In this document: positions 8,205-18,532 of the stretch, one piece after another | How the letters are laid out: every line of letters starts with the position of its first letter | Position numbering within the stretch: the stretch's first letter is position 1 | Virus record (IMG/VR): IMGVR_UViG_3300045988_073391 | Coordinates: 1-54,717 of that record | Reading direction: 5' to 3' (one strand) | DNA length: 54,717 nt | Source of the DNA: a virus | Position numbers and translations under genes: made by a program | The notes under the pieces: generated by a model | What the model saw: only the letters and a program-made list of their open reading frames with translations | Databases searched by the model: none | Told to the model about the DNA's origin: nothing

Positions 8205-9296
8205 ATGGAACAATCACTATATTTTGAACTGGTAAAAAAGTATTTTCCGCAGCTTGTTCTCTCTGTCGTAGAGAAAGTTAATAGTAAGAGCGGAAATGCC
8301 GCATTAACCTATCTCTATAAAGACTATCTCACCCCGAAGTATGCGGCAGATGGCCGTTGGGCGAGCATCATGGCGGACTATAACCGTGTGGCTGCTGATG
8401 TGGTGGCTCTGTCTTCTCCCCTCCCCGTAAAAAGTCGTGAAGCCTTGGAGACTGTTTCAGGCAAATTGCCGAAACTCGGTTTGAAGCTGATGCTTGGCGA
8501 ACAGGAGATGAAGAACATTGACAATCTTCTTCGCCAACCAAACGCGAATATCAACCTCATAGTCGAGAAGGTCTTTAATGATACTCCAAGAGTAATTACT
8601 GCGATTTATGAGCGACTGGAAGATATGTTCCTTTCTGGTCTTTCAACTGGTATTGCTCTTGCTCCACGCAATGAGGGTACTGGCATTCGCATCAATTACG
8701 GCTACAAGGACACGAATAAATTCGGTGTGAAAATCCTGTGGGACGGAAATGCTGACACTGCACTTATTCTTGACGACATTCAGCGTGTTGTTGACAAGGC
8801 AGAACTTGAAGATGGCAACAAACTTCGTCACATCTTTGTTGATGATGTATGGCTTCGTGATTTCTATAAGAACAAGCAAGTGCGCGAGCAGTATGCCTTC
8901 AACATGGACTTTGTAGGCACAAATATCCCAGTATTGGATTTTGAGAAGGCTGCATCGGTTGTCAAGAAGCGTTGGGACGTGGAACTTCACCGCGTCAGCC
9001 GTTCAATCAAGACGGAAATAAATGGCGTGCGCAAGGTTCATACTCCGTGGCAGAAGGGCGTGGCTGTATTCGCCTGTGATGACAAGTTAGGCTCTATTGT
9101 ATGGACCGATGTTGCAGAGCAGAGCCGCAGGGTGAATGGTGTTACGTATGAAAACGCAGACGACTATATCCTTGTATCAAAGTACTCTAAGAACGACCCT
9201 CTCGAAGAGATTACGGCTTCGCAGGCCATGGTCGCTCCGATTGTGGATAATGTTGACCGCATATACACACTTGATTCAAAGAAGCAGCAGGCATGA
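8205..9296 (+). CDS. Major capsid protein (lambda gpE-like family)
   Basis: 363 aa. Called from position and the N-terminal region WASIMADYNRVAADVVALSSPLPVKSRE, typical of capsid protein E family members. Confidence 0.8.
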   Translation: MEQSLYFELVKKYFPQLVLSVVEKVNSKSGNAALTYLYKDYLTPKYAADGRWASIMADYNRVAADVVALSSPLPVKSREALETVSGKLPKLGLKLMLGEQEMKNIDNLLRQPNANINLIVEKVFNDTPRVITAIYERLEDMFLSGLSTGIALAPRNEGTGIRINYGYKDTNKFGVKILWDGNADTALILDDIQRVVDKAELEDGNKLRHIFVDDVWLRDFYKNKQVREQYAFNMDFVGTNIPVLDFEKAASVVKKRWDVELHRVSRSIKTEINGVRKVHTPWQKGVAVFACDDKLGSIVWTDVAEQSRRVNGVTYENADDYILVSKYSKNDPLEEITASQAMVAPIVDNVDRIYTLDSKKQQA

Positions 9297-9520
9297 AACT
9301 GACAATAATCAAAGAATTTCACGACATCGAAGATTTCTCACACGTGTTCCAAGTCGGAGATGTCGTGGAATTTAAGGACGACCGTGCTAAGGAAATCATC
9401 AGCTTAGGGCTTGGCGAGGAACTTCACCAAGAAGGCGAGGAACTTCACCAAGAAGAGCGTAAGAGCAGTATAAAGGTTTCCGGCAAGGGCGGTAAGAGAT
9501 TAACGAACATAGAAGATTAG
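9293..9520 (+). CDS. Hypothetical protein with in-frame 7-aa duplication
   Basis: ATGA overlap with the capsid gene. Contains GEELHQE twice. Confidence 0.5.
   Translation: MKLTIIKEFHDIEDFSHVFQVGDVVEFKDDRAKEIISLGLGEELHQEGEELHQEERKSSIKVSGKGGKRLTNIED
9413..9454 (+). repeat. Perfect 21-bp tandem duplication
   Basis: ggcgaggaacttcaccaagaa occurs twice (9413-9433, 9434-9454). Confidence 0.95.
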
Positions 9521-9524
9521 TAAT

Positions 9525-9860
9525 ATGACAATAAGGGAGTACATTCAAGGAAAGCTGTCAGCCTGGGGTAATTTATCCGAGTCAGACCTCGCGGCCTGGA
9601 ATGGTACTTCCCTTGATGCTGAATATTCTTCTGAAAATGCGAAAGAGGTAGGCGCGGCCCTATGTGAAATGATAGGAGAGCGCATACTTTCTCCGCGCGT
9701 TTCCAATGTGAGCGAAAGCGGATTCTCCATATCGTGGAACTTTGACAATATTGGCAAGTATTATTTGTGGCTCTGCAAGAAATACGGAGTAACTCCTGAT
9801 ACAGATATAGTCACCATGTCTGGAATGAGTACAATCACCAATAAATCTGATATGTGGTAG
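9525..9860 (+). CDS. Head-tail connector/adaptor (putative)
   Basis: Called from synteny only. Confidence 0.4.
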   Translation: MTIREYIQGKLSAWGNLSESDLAAWNGTSLDAEYSSENAKEVGAALCEMIGERILSPRVSNVSESGFSISWNFDNIGKYYLWLCKKYGVTPDTDIVTMSGMSTITNKSDMW

Positions 9861-9861
9861 T

Positions 9862-10167
9862 ATGTATTACGCCAAGCACAAACTTTACAAGAAAATATCA
9901 TCTATAGTGAGGGACTCAGACGGGTTCTTTGTAGAGACGTCAAACGAAGAATGGGAGTATCTTGGCCCTTGCAGGTGCGATGATGATAATACGACAGAAG
10001 TCGCTGACGAACGAGGTAATGTCCTTAGGGCTTCCTACCATATAGTCGCAGACAAGTGTAACGTCGACAGAGGTGATATTGTAAAGGTGGAAGGCAAGGG
10101 TTGTATCGGACAAGTCAAGGTAAAGAAAGAAGCGAATTTCTATAATTATGTAGAGCTATGGATTTAG
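9862..10167 (+). CDS. Head-closure protein (putative)
   Basis: Called from synteny only. Confidence 0.35.
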   Translation: MYYAKHKLYKKISSIVRDSDGFFVETSNEEWEYLGPCRCDDDNTTEVADERGNVLRASYHIVADKCNVDRGDIVKVEGKGCIGQVKVKKEANFYNYVELWI

Positions 10168-10436
10168 AGGAGACTATTGAACGAAGTGTTGCAGATTTCA
10201 AGATGCAGGTCGCTTCTGAATTGGCTCGTGTCGGTGATGAGGCGGTGCAAATAGCCAAAGCCTCAACCGCATATCATGATGTTACAGGGAGATTGAGGCA
10301 GTCAAATCACTATAAGGCGGACGAAAACGGACTGACGATATACAATGATGCACCTTACGCTTCACAAGTTGAGGCTCGGTGCGGCAATGTTATAGCAGAT
10401 GCTGTAATCTACGCCAAGAACGAGTTATCCAAATGA
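10158..10436 (+). CDS. HK97 gp10-like head-tail joining protein
   Basis: DVTGRLRQSNHYKADENGLTIYNDAPYASQVE resembles the gp10-family core. Confidence 0.6.
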   Translation: MDLEETIERSVADFKMQVASELARVGDEAVQIAKASTAYHDVTGRLRQSNHYKADENGLTIYNDAPYASQVEARCGNVIADAVIYAKNELSK

Positions 10437-10834
10437 GCATTACTACTGCGGACATACGTAGGATTATGTATGGTATTCTTTCCCCATTGGGGCTTCCAGT
10501 CCATTATAAGGAAGACATTCCAAAGGGAGAAATAACAGATGAAAGAATTATCATTGTAACAAGCGGCGAGGGGTATGGCAAAATATGGGCGACGTGTATT
10601 GTAACTATAAGCATCTGCGTTCCAGACCCTACGCCTAATGTAGCTAATCTCACAAGGCTTTCTTATTACGAGAACGAGGCCCTTAAAATGTTCAAGGATG
10701 GCATAGTCGGAGATTATAAAGGAGATAACTACGTGATTTCATTGCAAAAGAACGGGATAGAAGAAGATAGGCAGATGAGATGTCATTATGTTAATTTGAA
10801 ATTGTCTTTTGAAGTACTAAACGTTAAACAATAA
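10433..10834 (+). CDS. Tail completion/terminator protein (putative)
   Basis: The internal ATG at 10433 overlaps the upstream TGA (ATGA). Otherwise called from synteny. Confidence 0.4.
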   Translation: MSITTADIRRIMYGILSPLGLPVHYKEDIPKGEITDERIIIVTSGEGYGKIWATCIVTISICVPDPTPNVANLTRLSYYENEALKMFKDGIVGDYKGDNYVISLQKNGIEEDRQMRCHYVNLKLSFEVLNVKQ

Positions 10835-10839
10835 AAGAA

Positions 10840-11460
10840 ATGGCAAAACCGTATATTGGAATAAAGAACATTTGGTATGGGCCTGTAATAGCAGAGGTTC
10901 CAACCAAGGCTAAGCTGACGGCTATGATTGGCCCAAGCGGCTCTTTTACGCGCGTAAAAAATTCCCATGATGGAACGTGGGGCTATGAACAAGATGACCC
11001 TGAAACTACAGACTATAAAAATGAGCTGACTGGTCTAACTTACTTCACGGATAAGACATCCGATGGTAATCATATCATCAACTTTACAATGGGCGTTTAT
11101 GATTATGCCCAGAAGGCAGACCTGCAAGGAGGTCTGGAAGTCAAGAGTGGTGAAAGTACTACTAAAACGATGGACTTTGATGGCTGGCGGTCGGCATCTG
11201 CGAATGACCTCGTAAACAAAGGTGTAATTGCGCAAACAAAGACGGGGCATCTCATTGTGTTCACGAATGCGCTAATCATCGCGAAGGTAGACACTCAGGA
11301 GAAGAACCTTGGTCTCGGTGTCAAGGCAACAGCTCAAGAAAATGGAACACCAGGTGTTGCAGCAGAATATTGGGTTGATGCAGATTCTGCAAAAGATATT
11401 TTGACTGGCATCACGCCTTTGAATGCTCCCGATGAATCAGAGCAGAAATCCGTGAAGTAA
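10840..11460 (+). CDS. Major tail protein
   Basis: 206 aa, followed by a strong terminator and then the chaperone genes and tape measure. Confidence 0.6.
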   Translation: MAKPYIGIKNIWYGPVIAEVPTKAKLTAMIGPSGSFTRVKNSHDGTWGYEQDDPETTDYKNELTGLTYFTDKTSDGNHIINFTMGVYDYAQKADLQGGLEVKSGESTTKTMDFDGWRSASANDLVNKGVIAQTKTGHLIVFTNALIIAKVDTQEKNLGLGVKATAQENGTPGVAAEYWVDADSAKDILTGITPLNAPDESEQKSVK

Positions 11461-11485
11461 CATCGTTATAATAATATCAAACAAA

Positions 11486-11515
11486 GGCTCGTAGTTCAAG
11501 GTTGCGAGCCTTTTT
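11486..11515 (+). terminator. Rho-independent terminator after the major tail gene
   Basis: GGCTCG (11486-11491) pairs with CGAGCC (11505-11510), followed by TTTTT. Confidence 0.7.
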
Positions 11516-11525
11516 ATATTTCTAT

Positions 11526-11942
11526 ATGGACAACAAAGCCGCAATATTAGTTGCCAATTTGGTATCAGGGAAGAGGTTCAAGACCTTTGTTATCGGTGGA
11601 AAGGCTTATACGATGAGAAGCCCGACGATTAAAATAATGTGCAGGGCTATAAGTGAGTTCGCGATGACCGATATAGACTTTGAAAAAGGATTTACTGAAC
11701 AATTTCTAAGCATACCGCGCAACATGGAGCATATAGCAAAAGGCTTGGCTTATCTGTTTGTTGGCGACAAGGAAGATTACGAAGCGAAAGCGTATGATGT
11801 TGCTTCTATGCTTGAGAATGGTTCTATCGAGGAGTTATCCGCTGCATTATATGCTTTCTTTGAAATGACCAGTATGCAAGAGGTTTTTCAAGTTGCCGCC
11901 TCAGCAAAGAAATACGCGGAGGTGGCAGCAAGAACGAAATGA
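11526..11942 (+). CDS. Tail assembly chaperone (gpG-like)
   Basis: Position before the tape measure. The ATG at 11526 lies just after the terminator; the track start at 11502 lies inside the hairpin. Confidence 0.55.
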   Translation: MDNKAAILVANLVSGKRFKTFVIGGKAYTMRSPTIKIMCRAISEFAMTDIDFEKGFTEQFLSIPRNMEHIAKGLAYLFVGDKEDYEAKAYDVASMLENGSIEELSAALYAFFEMTSMQEVFQVAASAKKYAEVAARTK

Positions 11943-12163
11943 TACCATCATATACAATAGCCGGGCAAATAGCCTCATTCATATACAAGGGCGAAGGAGG
12001 ACTTGGACTCTCTTACAATGAGGCTGTTAATGAAATCCCTTACGAGCTGATTCTACTAATGCAGAAAGATAAGGCGCATTGGGCAGGTGATGATGCAAAA
12101 GTCGAAGTGGAAGACGAGGACGATTACATCTCAAGAATGGATATAAATCTGATAAAGGAATAA
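11939..12163 (+). CDS. Tail assembly chaperone, -1-frame extension or separate ORF (gpT-like)
   Basis: Lies in the -1 frame relative to 11526-11942, with an ATGA overlap. The -1 frame is open from 11864. Confidence 0.45.
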   Translation: MIPSYTIAGQIASFIYKGEGGLGLSYNEAVNEIPYELILLMQKDKAHWAGDDAKVEVEDEDDYISRMDINLIKE

Positions 12164-12172
12164 AGATTATTT

Positions 12173-15100
12173 ATGGAACTTTCATTTGAAATATTAGCAA
12201 ATTACGACCAGCTTGTCAAAATGCAGGGCAAGCTGGAGCAGTTCAAAAATGAGTACGACAGTGTTTGCAAGAAGCTGGCTACAGAAAATGTAGCTCCGTT
12301 ATTGATGCAGTCTATACAGAAAGATATAGACAACGTCAGCAATGGGATTAGTTCGTTGTCTGCCAAAATCATAGACGCTACAAAATCTATAAATGCCTCA
12401 TCATCGTCAGATTTACAATCGCTTAGTGGAAATGCGTCTGATGCGATTAGAGCAATAGGCTTGGCGGCAGACGAGCAAAAGACAAAGTTGAGCGATTTTT
12501 GGGGGTCTGTTGATGTGGTAAGGAATCAGATAGAAGGACTGAACGACAGTGCGTCAAGAATGTCTGGGGCTATTAACTCCATCAGTAATTTTTCAAGCAA
12601 GATGGAGGGCATAGGGCAACAAATAAGTTCGACAACTGACCCGCAGAAACTTGCATCTTACAATAATGAACTTAACAAATACTCCGAAGGCATCGCAGAA
12701 TGCGGCAGCAGATTGTCGGATTGGAATATAGTCGAAATAAACCATGCTAATATATCGGAGGAGGTAGCCCAAAAGCAGGCACAATTATCTTCAGTGATTG
12801 CAGACCAAACTGCTTATGTTGAAAATCTGAAACAGCAGGTTGCCATGCTCAATCAGCAATGGCTGGCAGCAAGTGGAACGGAGAAATTGAAGTTGTGGGA
12901 CGAAAAGACAGGGCGTGAAGATGTCTTGACAAAAGAAATCGCCAAACTTGACATGATGAAAGTCAAGGCAAACGAACTTTCTATTGCATTCAGTGCTGCT
13001 GATAGCACTGTAAGTAATGTTTCACAGAAGATGGGCGATGCCATTTCCACAATAGGGAACACTAAAATGGGAGATGGCATCAGACAAGGTTTTGAAGAGA
13101 TACATTCAAAGTGTGTTGTCGCGAGAGATTCCTTGAAGCAATATAATGAGGAGTTCGCTAATATTTCAAATCAGAGCGCAAGGATACTGCAACTGCGTGA
13201 TGCCATATCAAGTCTTGATGCTGAGGCCCAGTCTGGTGCGGTGGCCAAATTGGAGGCAGAGATGCGCTCATGCTCGCAATCAATAGACCAATCGTATGCG
13301 TCATTGGCAAAGATGCAGATAAACACGAAAGCGTTTGACAATGCAAGTGCAGCTGCTTCAAAGACCATATCAGACCTTGGGGAGAGCATTAAGACTCAAA
13401 CAGATGTTGTGGAGAGCCATCGTGCGGAGGTGCAGAGATTGCAACAAGCATATAGCGAAGCAACAGATAGCAACAAGGCATCTATACAATCGCAGTTGGA
13501 AACAGCGCAGCAGTCTCTCAAAGGCGAAGAAACTGCACTCACCACTATGCAGAACACACTGCATAGCGTCCGTGCTGATTATGAGCAAATGATGCAAGTC
13601 CGCAAAGCGGTAAACGATGGAATTGTGGCATCAGACCAAAAAGCTGCACAATCTCAGCAGGAGGTGCGGAAACAGACACAGCTATCATCAGAAGAAGCAA
13701 AGAAACAAAAAAAGGCAGTCCAAGACCTTGCCGGGACATGGAAGCAATTCCTTGGAACGATTGGCGTCGCTGCTGGTCTAAAGGCATTCATAACGCAGAT
13801 GATAGAAGTTAATGCGCGCATGGAGCAGATGAAGACATCTTTATATGGCATCATGCAAAGCAAATCGGCTGCCGACCAGTTATTTTCAAGCATAAAGGAC
13901 GTTTCTTCTCACTCGGCAATAGGGCTTGGCAGCCTTACTGGGGTGGCGCAGCAATTCGTGGCGTTTGGAGAAAGCGCATCGCGCATACCTAAGCTTTTGG
14001 AAGCTATGAATGAAGTTTCCATGGGCAGCGAGCAGAAATTCAACAGACTCGCGAGTTCATTGCAGATGATGGCCGCAATGGGTCAAGTGAATACACGCAC
14101 AATTCGCTCCATGATAACGGCAGGGTTCAATCCTCTCATATCCATATCAAGGAAAACGGGAGAAAGTATGTCAGACCTTATGAAAAAGGTCAAGAAAGGC
14201 ACTATCCCTGTAAGTGAAATCACAAACTCATTTATCTCAGCGACAGAAAAGGGCGGAATGTTCTATAAGATGAATGACAAGATGAGCGGTACATTGTCAT
14301 ATCAATTCGCTGTGATGAAGAAAAACGTGGCTGGCTTTTTCCTGGAGTTAGGCAAGGCCAACGATGGGACAATTCACAATGTCACGAATTTGATAGTCAC
14401 GTTGACAAAGCATCTAAAGGATTTTGCGGAGGCCGCGAAGATTGTCGTGACTTTTGCTGGCATCAAGACAGGCGCATATTTGGCAGGACAAGCCATAACT
14501 GCCATGTCCACAGCAATGAAAGTTGCAACGGGAGCCACAATCGGACTTAATACCGCAATGAAAGCAAGCGGTTGGGGTACTATAATATCTATTGCAGCAG
14601 CCGTAGGTGTCGCTATGTATGACTTTTATACAAGCACAAATGATGCTAACAGTGCGTTGTCTAATTACAATAAGACAGTTATTGATGCTACTGGCGATGC
14701 GGAAAGACTTTTTACAACCCTTGAAAACACAGATAAGACCACAAAGGTGCATCAAGACACGCTGAAGGAACTTGTTGATAAATATGAGGAATATGGCATA
14801 CATATAGACACGAGCAAGGGGCTATTGAACGATGAGGCAAATATAACACAACAGCTCATTGAGAAGAAGGGCATACTAATAGGGCTTATTCGGGAAGAGG
14901 CGTCTGAAAGAGCAAAGGCAGAACAATACAAGAAATTCCAAGATGAAAGAGATGAAACATATAAATCAGCGCAAGAAGACATTACAAGTAAGCTAAAATA
15001 CAAAGTCGCCACAATAGGAAAGAATGCTGGAAAGCAAATTTCTGAGGGTATGGCCCAAGGTCTTTCTATATCTATTCTTGAAGAAGTTAAGAGTGCTGTG

Positions 15101-18100
15101 CCTAAAATAAAAAATGCGTCAACAAAAGAAGAAAGAAAAAGAATAAAAGAAGAATATGCAGGTCTGTTCAATAAAATGGGTGTTAGAACTGGCGCATATG
15201 ATTCAGCTGAATTTAGTTTAGGTAATCAAAGTTGGAAATATACGCAGCAGAACATTGAGCGTCTAAAGGTCCTATATGAAGTATCGAAAAAAACAGGCAT
15301 CGCGGCGAAAGACTTAGGAAGTAATTTCGTTAATTCATTGAGAGACACGGAAGATAGTTTGATTTCCACAGAAACCAAAGAGCAGGATTTCAATAAGGCT
15401 GTTGGCAATACGAGTGAAGACCTTGACTTCAACTCCCTCAAGCTCCGCTACAACAAAATGTCTGTAGAGCAATTAGGTTCAACGATACGAGACTTCTTGC
15501 AAAATTACCAAGAAAATGACATAAACTTTCATATCAATGTTGATGATGCGCAAGTGCCTAAGTGGATGAAAAACTTGGGACTTTCATCAGACAGTTATAA
15601 GAGTAATGCCGCTTATTATGCTGCACTGTTGAAAGAAATGCAAGGAGCAAGAAAAAAGACAGGGAAGGTGCAGTATCGGAGGGTTGGTAAAGAATGGATG
15701 TCAGAAGAAAAAGTTGCCACGAGAATGGCTCAATATCAAAAGTCGGCAGAAAACAAGAAGGCGGAAGAGGATAAAGCGGCAGCTGAAAAAGAAGAGAAAG
15801 AGAAAGAGGAAGCCAAGGCGGAGAGAAAGAGGCAAGCCGCGCAGAGGAAAAGAGAGGCCGCACAACGAAAAATAGAAGAAAGAAATAGAAGAATTAAGGA
15901 AGCGACAGATAATTATAACTCATCAATAAAAGATGCTGTATCAGATTTGACAGCAGGCAACGAGCAGCAGAATAACGACCTGGCAGATGATGGCGTGGAG
16001 AAGTCAATGCGTGACGCAGAATTAAAGTACGACAAGGCCGTGAAAGACGCGGACAGCAAAATTGAGAATGTGGCCAAGAGCCTGCACGCATTGAACAAGG
16101 CTAAAGGAAGTGTTGCGAAAAGCGTTGAACAACTGAAGAAAGAGATATTAGCATCTGGTGAGAGTAGCAGCGAATATGGTGCTTTAATAAAGGCATATAA
16201 CGGTGCATTGGCTTTAGCAGGCAAGACATTGCAGAAGTCACAAAAAGAGATAGTAGACGGGCTTAGAGAAACATACGATAAGGACAATAAAGACCGCAGC
16301 GAAAAGGTAAAGAAGCTGCGTGCTGATATTGCCGCATTGGAGAAGCTTGCATCTAAGGCGACATCACAAGCAGAGAAAGAAGAGCTTAATAAGTTGCACG
16401 ACAACGCCCAAGCCCAACTTGACTGGGTGTCCCAATCAAAAGACGCATGGAATGACTATTACGAGAAGTACGGAACATTCTTGGAGAAACGCAAGGCGTT
16501 GGAGGAGAAGTTCTTGTATGAAACGACAGGTCTTGACCAAGACTCAGCGCAATACAAATTAAAGGTTAAAGATTTTGATGCGGCTAATAAGGCCCTTGAA
16601 TTTGAGGAGGTAAAGAAGCAGCTGAATTGGGAGGACGTCTTTGGCGACATTAGCAGCCTGAGCAAATCTGCCTTGGCAGAGCTACAAAGTCAGCTTGAAA
16701 CACTAATCAAGAACGATAAAAATCTCTCAATAGAAAGCATTAAGGCCATCAACGAAGCAATAAATAAAGTCCGCGATGAACAGACAAAGAAAGGCTCACT
16801 TATAGGCGGATTATTTACTTCGGTACGCAATCTAAAAGAAAAATCACAAGCGGCAAAGACTGCACAAGCACAAGTCCAACGTGTTGGCGGTGGAAGTCTT
16901 TGGACGAGATACCAAAATGCTTCGTCAGCAGAAGAAAAGGCAGAAATACGCGCGGAGAAAGTATACGACCCTGTAACTGGCGAGCTGAAAACATTTGGTG
17001 ATATGCTTGATAAAGCTGCAAAATCAACGAAAGACTTATCAGATGCGCAGAAGACAGCGCAATCCTCATTTAAGTCAGTCGGCAGCGGCTTTACTGCAAT
17101 GGCGAATATGGGCAAGGACGTATCTAATATGCTCGAGAAGTTCGGTGTGACAATGCCCGAAGGTTTAGGAACCATGTTCGATGGGATTGGAGAGATAGGC
17201 TCTGCGTTAGATGGGTTCGACTTGACGAAAATTGGGTCTTTCCTTGATATCGGGAATTACGTACACGCTATCACTGGCGTATTCAGTGGAATCGCAGACG
17301 TATTTACGGGAATGTTTAAGATGATATTCGGTAAAAGCGACTCACTTAAAGCCTATGAGAATGAAAGGGAACATTACGAGAAGCTGTCGGGTATATGGAG
17401 TGACCTTATAGAAAAAAAGAAACAATACATAGAAATGAGCTTCGGAGATGGTGCAGAGAAAGCCATCAAAGAAGTAGAAGCATTATACAAGGCCGAAGAA
17501 AAGTCGCTACAAACACTTGCGACAAAGTATCTGCAAGTACGTAACATAGGTGCTCATAGCTACGGTTACCGAATAGACCGAGACCTTGGAACAAATGGCT
17601 TGCAAGCAATGAGCCAAGCGGCAGGCGTGCAGATTAACAGCGTGTCTGACCTAACGAACCTCAGCTACGACCAACTTGTAGCAGCCAAAGGCGCAGACAA
17701 TGGCGAATACTGGGCGAAGCTTCCAGTAGAGATGCAAGACTACTTGGACAAGTTAATTGAATGCAAGAAGGCTACGCAAGACTTCCAAGAGGACATGAAA
17801 GAGAAGTTTACAGGCATCAAGTTCGATGATATGTACTCAAACTTCATGTCAGTTCTTGAAGATATGAACAGCGGTGCAGACGATTTCGCTAATTCTGTAA
17901 AGGACAAGATGCGCAAAGCCCTCATAGACAACACTATGGGTAAAGCAGTCGAAGCGTGGACAAAGGATTATACAGAACGCTATCAGAAGCAAGTCGAGGC
18001 CGATGGAGGAACGCTGACTGAAGAGCATGCACGCCAGCTCAAGCAAGAGTTGGAAGAGGCTGCAAACAACTTTACAAATCAGCGAAACGACACGCTGAAC

Positions 18101-18418
18101 AATGTCGGGCTTGGTGGTGAAGCGAGTGACGGGTCACAGACAAAAGGCTTTGCTGCCGCGTCAGAGAGCAGCATCGAGGAGCTTAGCGGTCGCGCATTGG
18201 CACAGACAGAAGCATTGTATCAGATACGTGATATTCAAAATGTCATACAATCCAGCGTGAAGAATATTGAGTATTCCATTGGCACTGTGCGTGATATTCA
18301 AGAAAACTCATATTTGGAGTTGGTTGAAATACGAAAGAATACTGGAGTGTCAAGCAAGGCTATATCGGGGGTCATGAATGAAGTCAGTAGAATACGCAAG
18401 AAAATAGAAAACCTATGA
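12173..18418 (+). CDS. Tape measure protein
   Basis: 2,081 aa and mostly coiled coil. Has a TP901-type core (SLYGIMQSKSAADQLFSSIKD...GFNPLISISRKTGESMSDLMKKVKKGTIPV) and hydrophobic segments around aa 740-820. Confidence 0.9.
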   Translation: MELSFEILANYDQLVKMQGKLEQFKNEYDSVCKKLATENVAPLLMQSIQKDIDNVSNGISSLSAKIIDATKSINASSSSDLQSLSGNASDAIRAIGLAADEQKTKLSDFWGSVDVVRNQIEGLNDSASRMSGAINSISNFSSKMEGIGQQISSTTDPQKLASYNNELNKYSEGIAECGSRLSDWNIVEINHANISEEVAQKQAQLSSVIADQTAYVENLKQQVAMLNQQWLAASGTEKLKLWDEKTGREDVLTKEIAKLDMMKVKANELSIAFSAADSTVSNVSQKMGDAISTIGNTKMGDGIRQGFEEIHSKCVVARDSLKQYNEEFANISNQSARILQLRDAISSLDAEAQSGAVAKLEAEMRSCSQSIDQSYASLAKMQINTKAFDNASAAASKTISDLGESIKTQTDVVESHRAEVQRLQQAYSEATDSNKASIQSQLETAQQSLKGEETALTTMQNTLHSVRADYEQMMQVRKAVNDGIVASDQKAAQSQQEVRKQTQLSSEEAKKQKKAVQDLAGTWKQFLGTIGVAAGLKAFITQMIEVNARMEQMKTSLYGIMQSKSAADQLFSSIKDVSSHSAIGLGSLTGVAQQFVAFGESASRIPKLLEAMNEVSMGSEQKFNRLASSLQMMAAMGQVNTRTIRSMITAGFNPLISISRKTGESMSDLMKKVKKGTIPVSEITNSFISATEKGGMFYKMNDKMSGTLSYQFAVMKKNVAGFFLELGKANDGTIHNVTNLIVTLTKHLKDFAEAAKIVVTFAGIKTGAYLAGQAITAMSTAMKVATGATIGLNTAMKASGWGTIISIAAAVGVAMYDFYTSTNDANSALSNYNKTVIDATGDAERLFTTLENTDKTTKVHQDTLKELVDKYEEYGIHIDTSKGLLNDEANITQQLIEKKGILIGLIREEASERAKAEQYKKFQDERDETYKSAQEDITSKLKYKVATIGKNAGKQISEGMAQGLSISILEEVKSAVPKIKNASTKEERKRIKEEYAGLFNKMGVRTGAYDSAEFSLGNQSWKYTQQNIERLKVLYEVSKKTGIAAKDLGSNFVNSLRDTEDSLISTETKEQDFNKAVGNTSEDLDFNSLKLRYNKMSVEQLGSTIRDFLQNYQENDINFHINVDDAQVPKWMKNLGLSSDSYKSNAAYYAALLKEMQGARKKTGKVQYRRVGKEWMSEEKVATRMAQYQKSAENKKAEEDKAAAEKEEKEKEEAKAERKRQAAQRKREAAQRKIEERNRRIKEATDNYNSSIKDAVSDLTAGNEQQNNDLADDGVEKSMRDAELKYDKAVKDADSKIENVAKSLHALNKAKGSVAKSVEQLKKEILASGESSSEYGALIKAYNGALALAGKTLQKSQKEIVDGLRETYDKDNKDRSEKVKKLRADIAALEKLASKATSQAEKEELNKLHDNAQAQLDWVSQSKDAWNDYYEKYGTFLEKRKALEEKFLYETTGLDQDSAQYKLKVKDFDAANKALEFEEVKKQLNWEDVFGDISSLSKSALAELQSQLETLIKNDKNLSIESIKAINEAINKVRDEQTKKGSLIGGLFTSVRNLKEKSQAAKTAQAQVQRVGGGSLWTRYQNASSAEEKAEIRAEKVYDPVTGELKTFGDMLDKAAKSTKDLSDAQKTAQSSFKSVGSGFTAMANMGKDVSNMLEKFGVTMPEGLGTMFDGIGEIGSALDGFDLTKIGSFLDIGNYVHAITGVFSGIADVFTGMFKMIFGKSDSLKAYENEREHYEKLSGIWSDLIEKKKQYIEMSFGDGAEKAIKEVEALYKAEEKSLQTLATKYLQVRNIGAHSYGYRIDRDLGTNGLQAMSQAAGVQINSVSDLTNLSYDQLVAAKGADNGEYWAKLPVEMQDYLDKLIECKKATQDFQEDMKEKFTGIKFDDMYSNFMSVLEDMNSGADDFANSVKDKMRKALIDNTMGKAVEAWTKDYTERYQKQVEADGGTLTEEHARQLKQELEEAANNFTNQRNDTLNNVGLGGEASDGSQTKGFAAASESSIEELSGRALAQTEALYQIRDIQNVIQSSVKNIEYSIGTVRDIQENSYLELVEIRKNTGVSSKAISGVMNEVSRIRKKIENL

Positions 18419-18420
18419 TA

Positions 18421-18459
18421 ACAGGGAAGCGGCACTTTGCCTCTGTGTCGCTTTCCTGT
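18421..18459 (+). terminator. 11-bp hairpin after the tape measure gene (no T-run)
   Basis: ACAGGGAAGCG pairs with CGCTTTCCTGT, including one G-T pair. Confidence 0.35.
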
Positions 18460-18532
18460 AACAACTGCATAAGTAATAAATTAAAATTGGAATACAATAT
18501 CATATCAGCATATAAATACGAAATTTGCCAAT

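Noticed and set aside
12593-18046. Many 60-160-aa ORFs on both strands inside the tape measure gene.
   Set aside because: They are nested in a 6.2-kb continuous coiled-coil ORF and have low-complexity shadow compositions.
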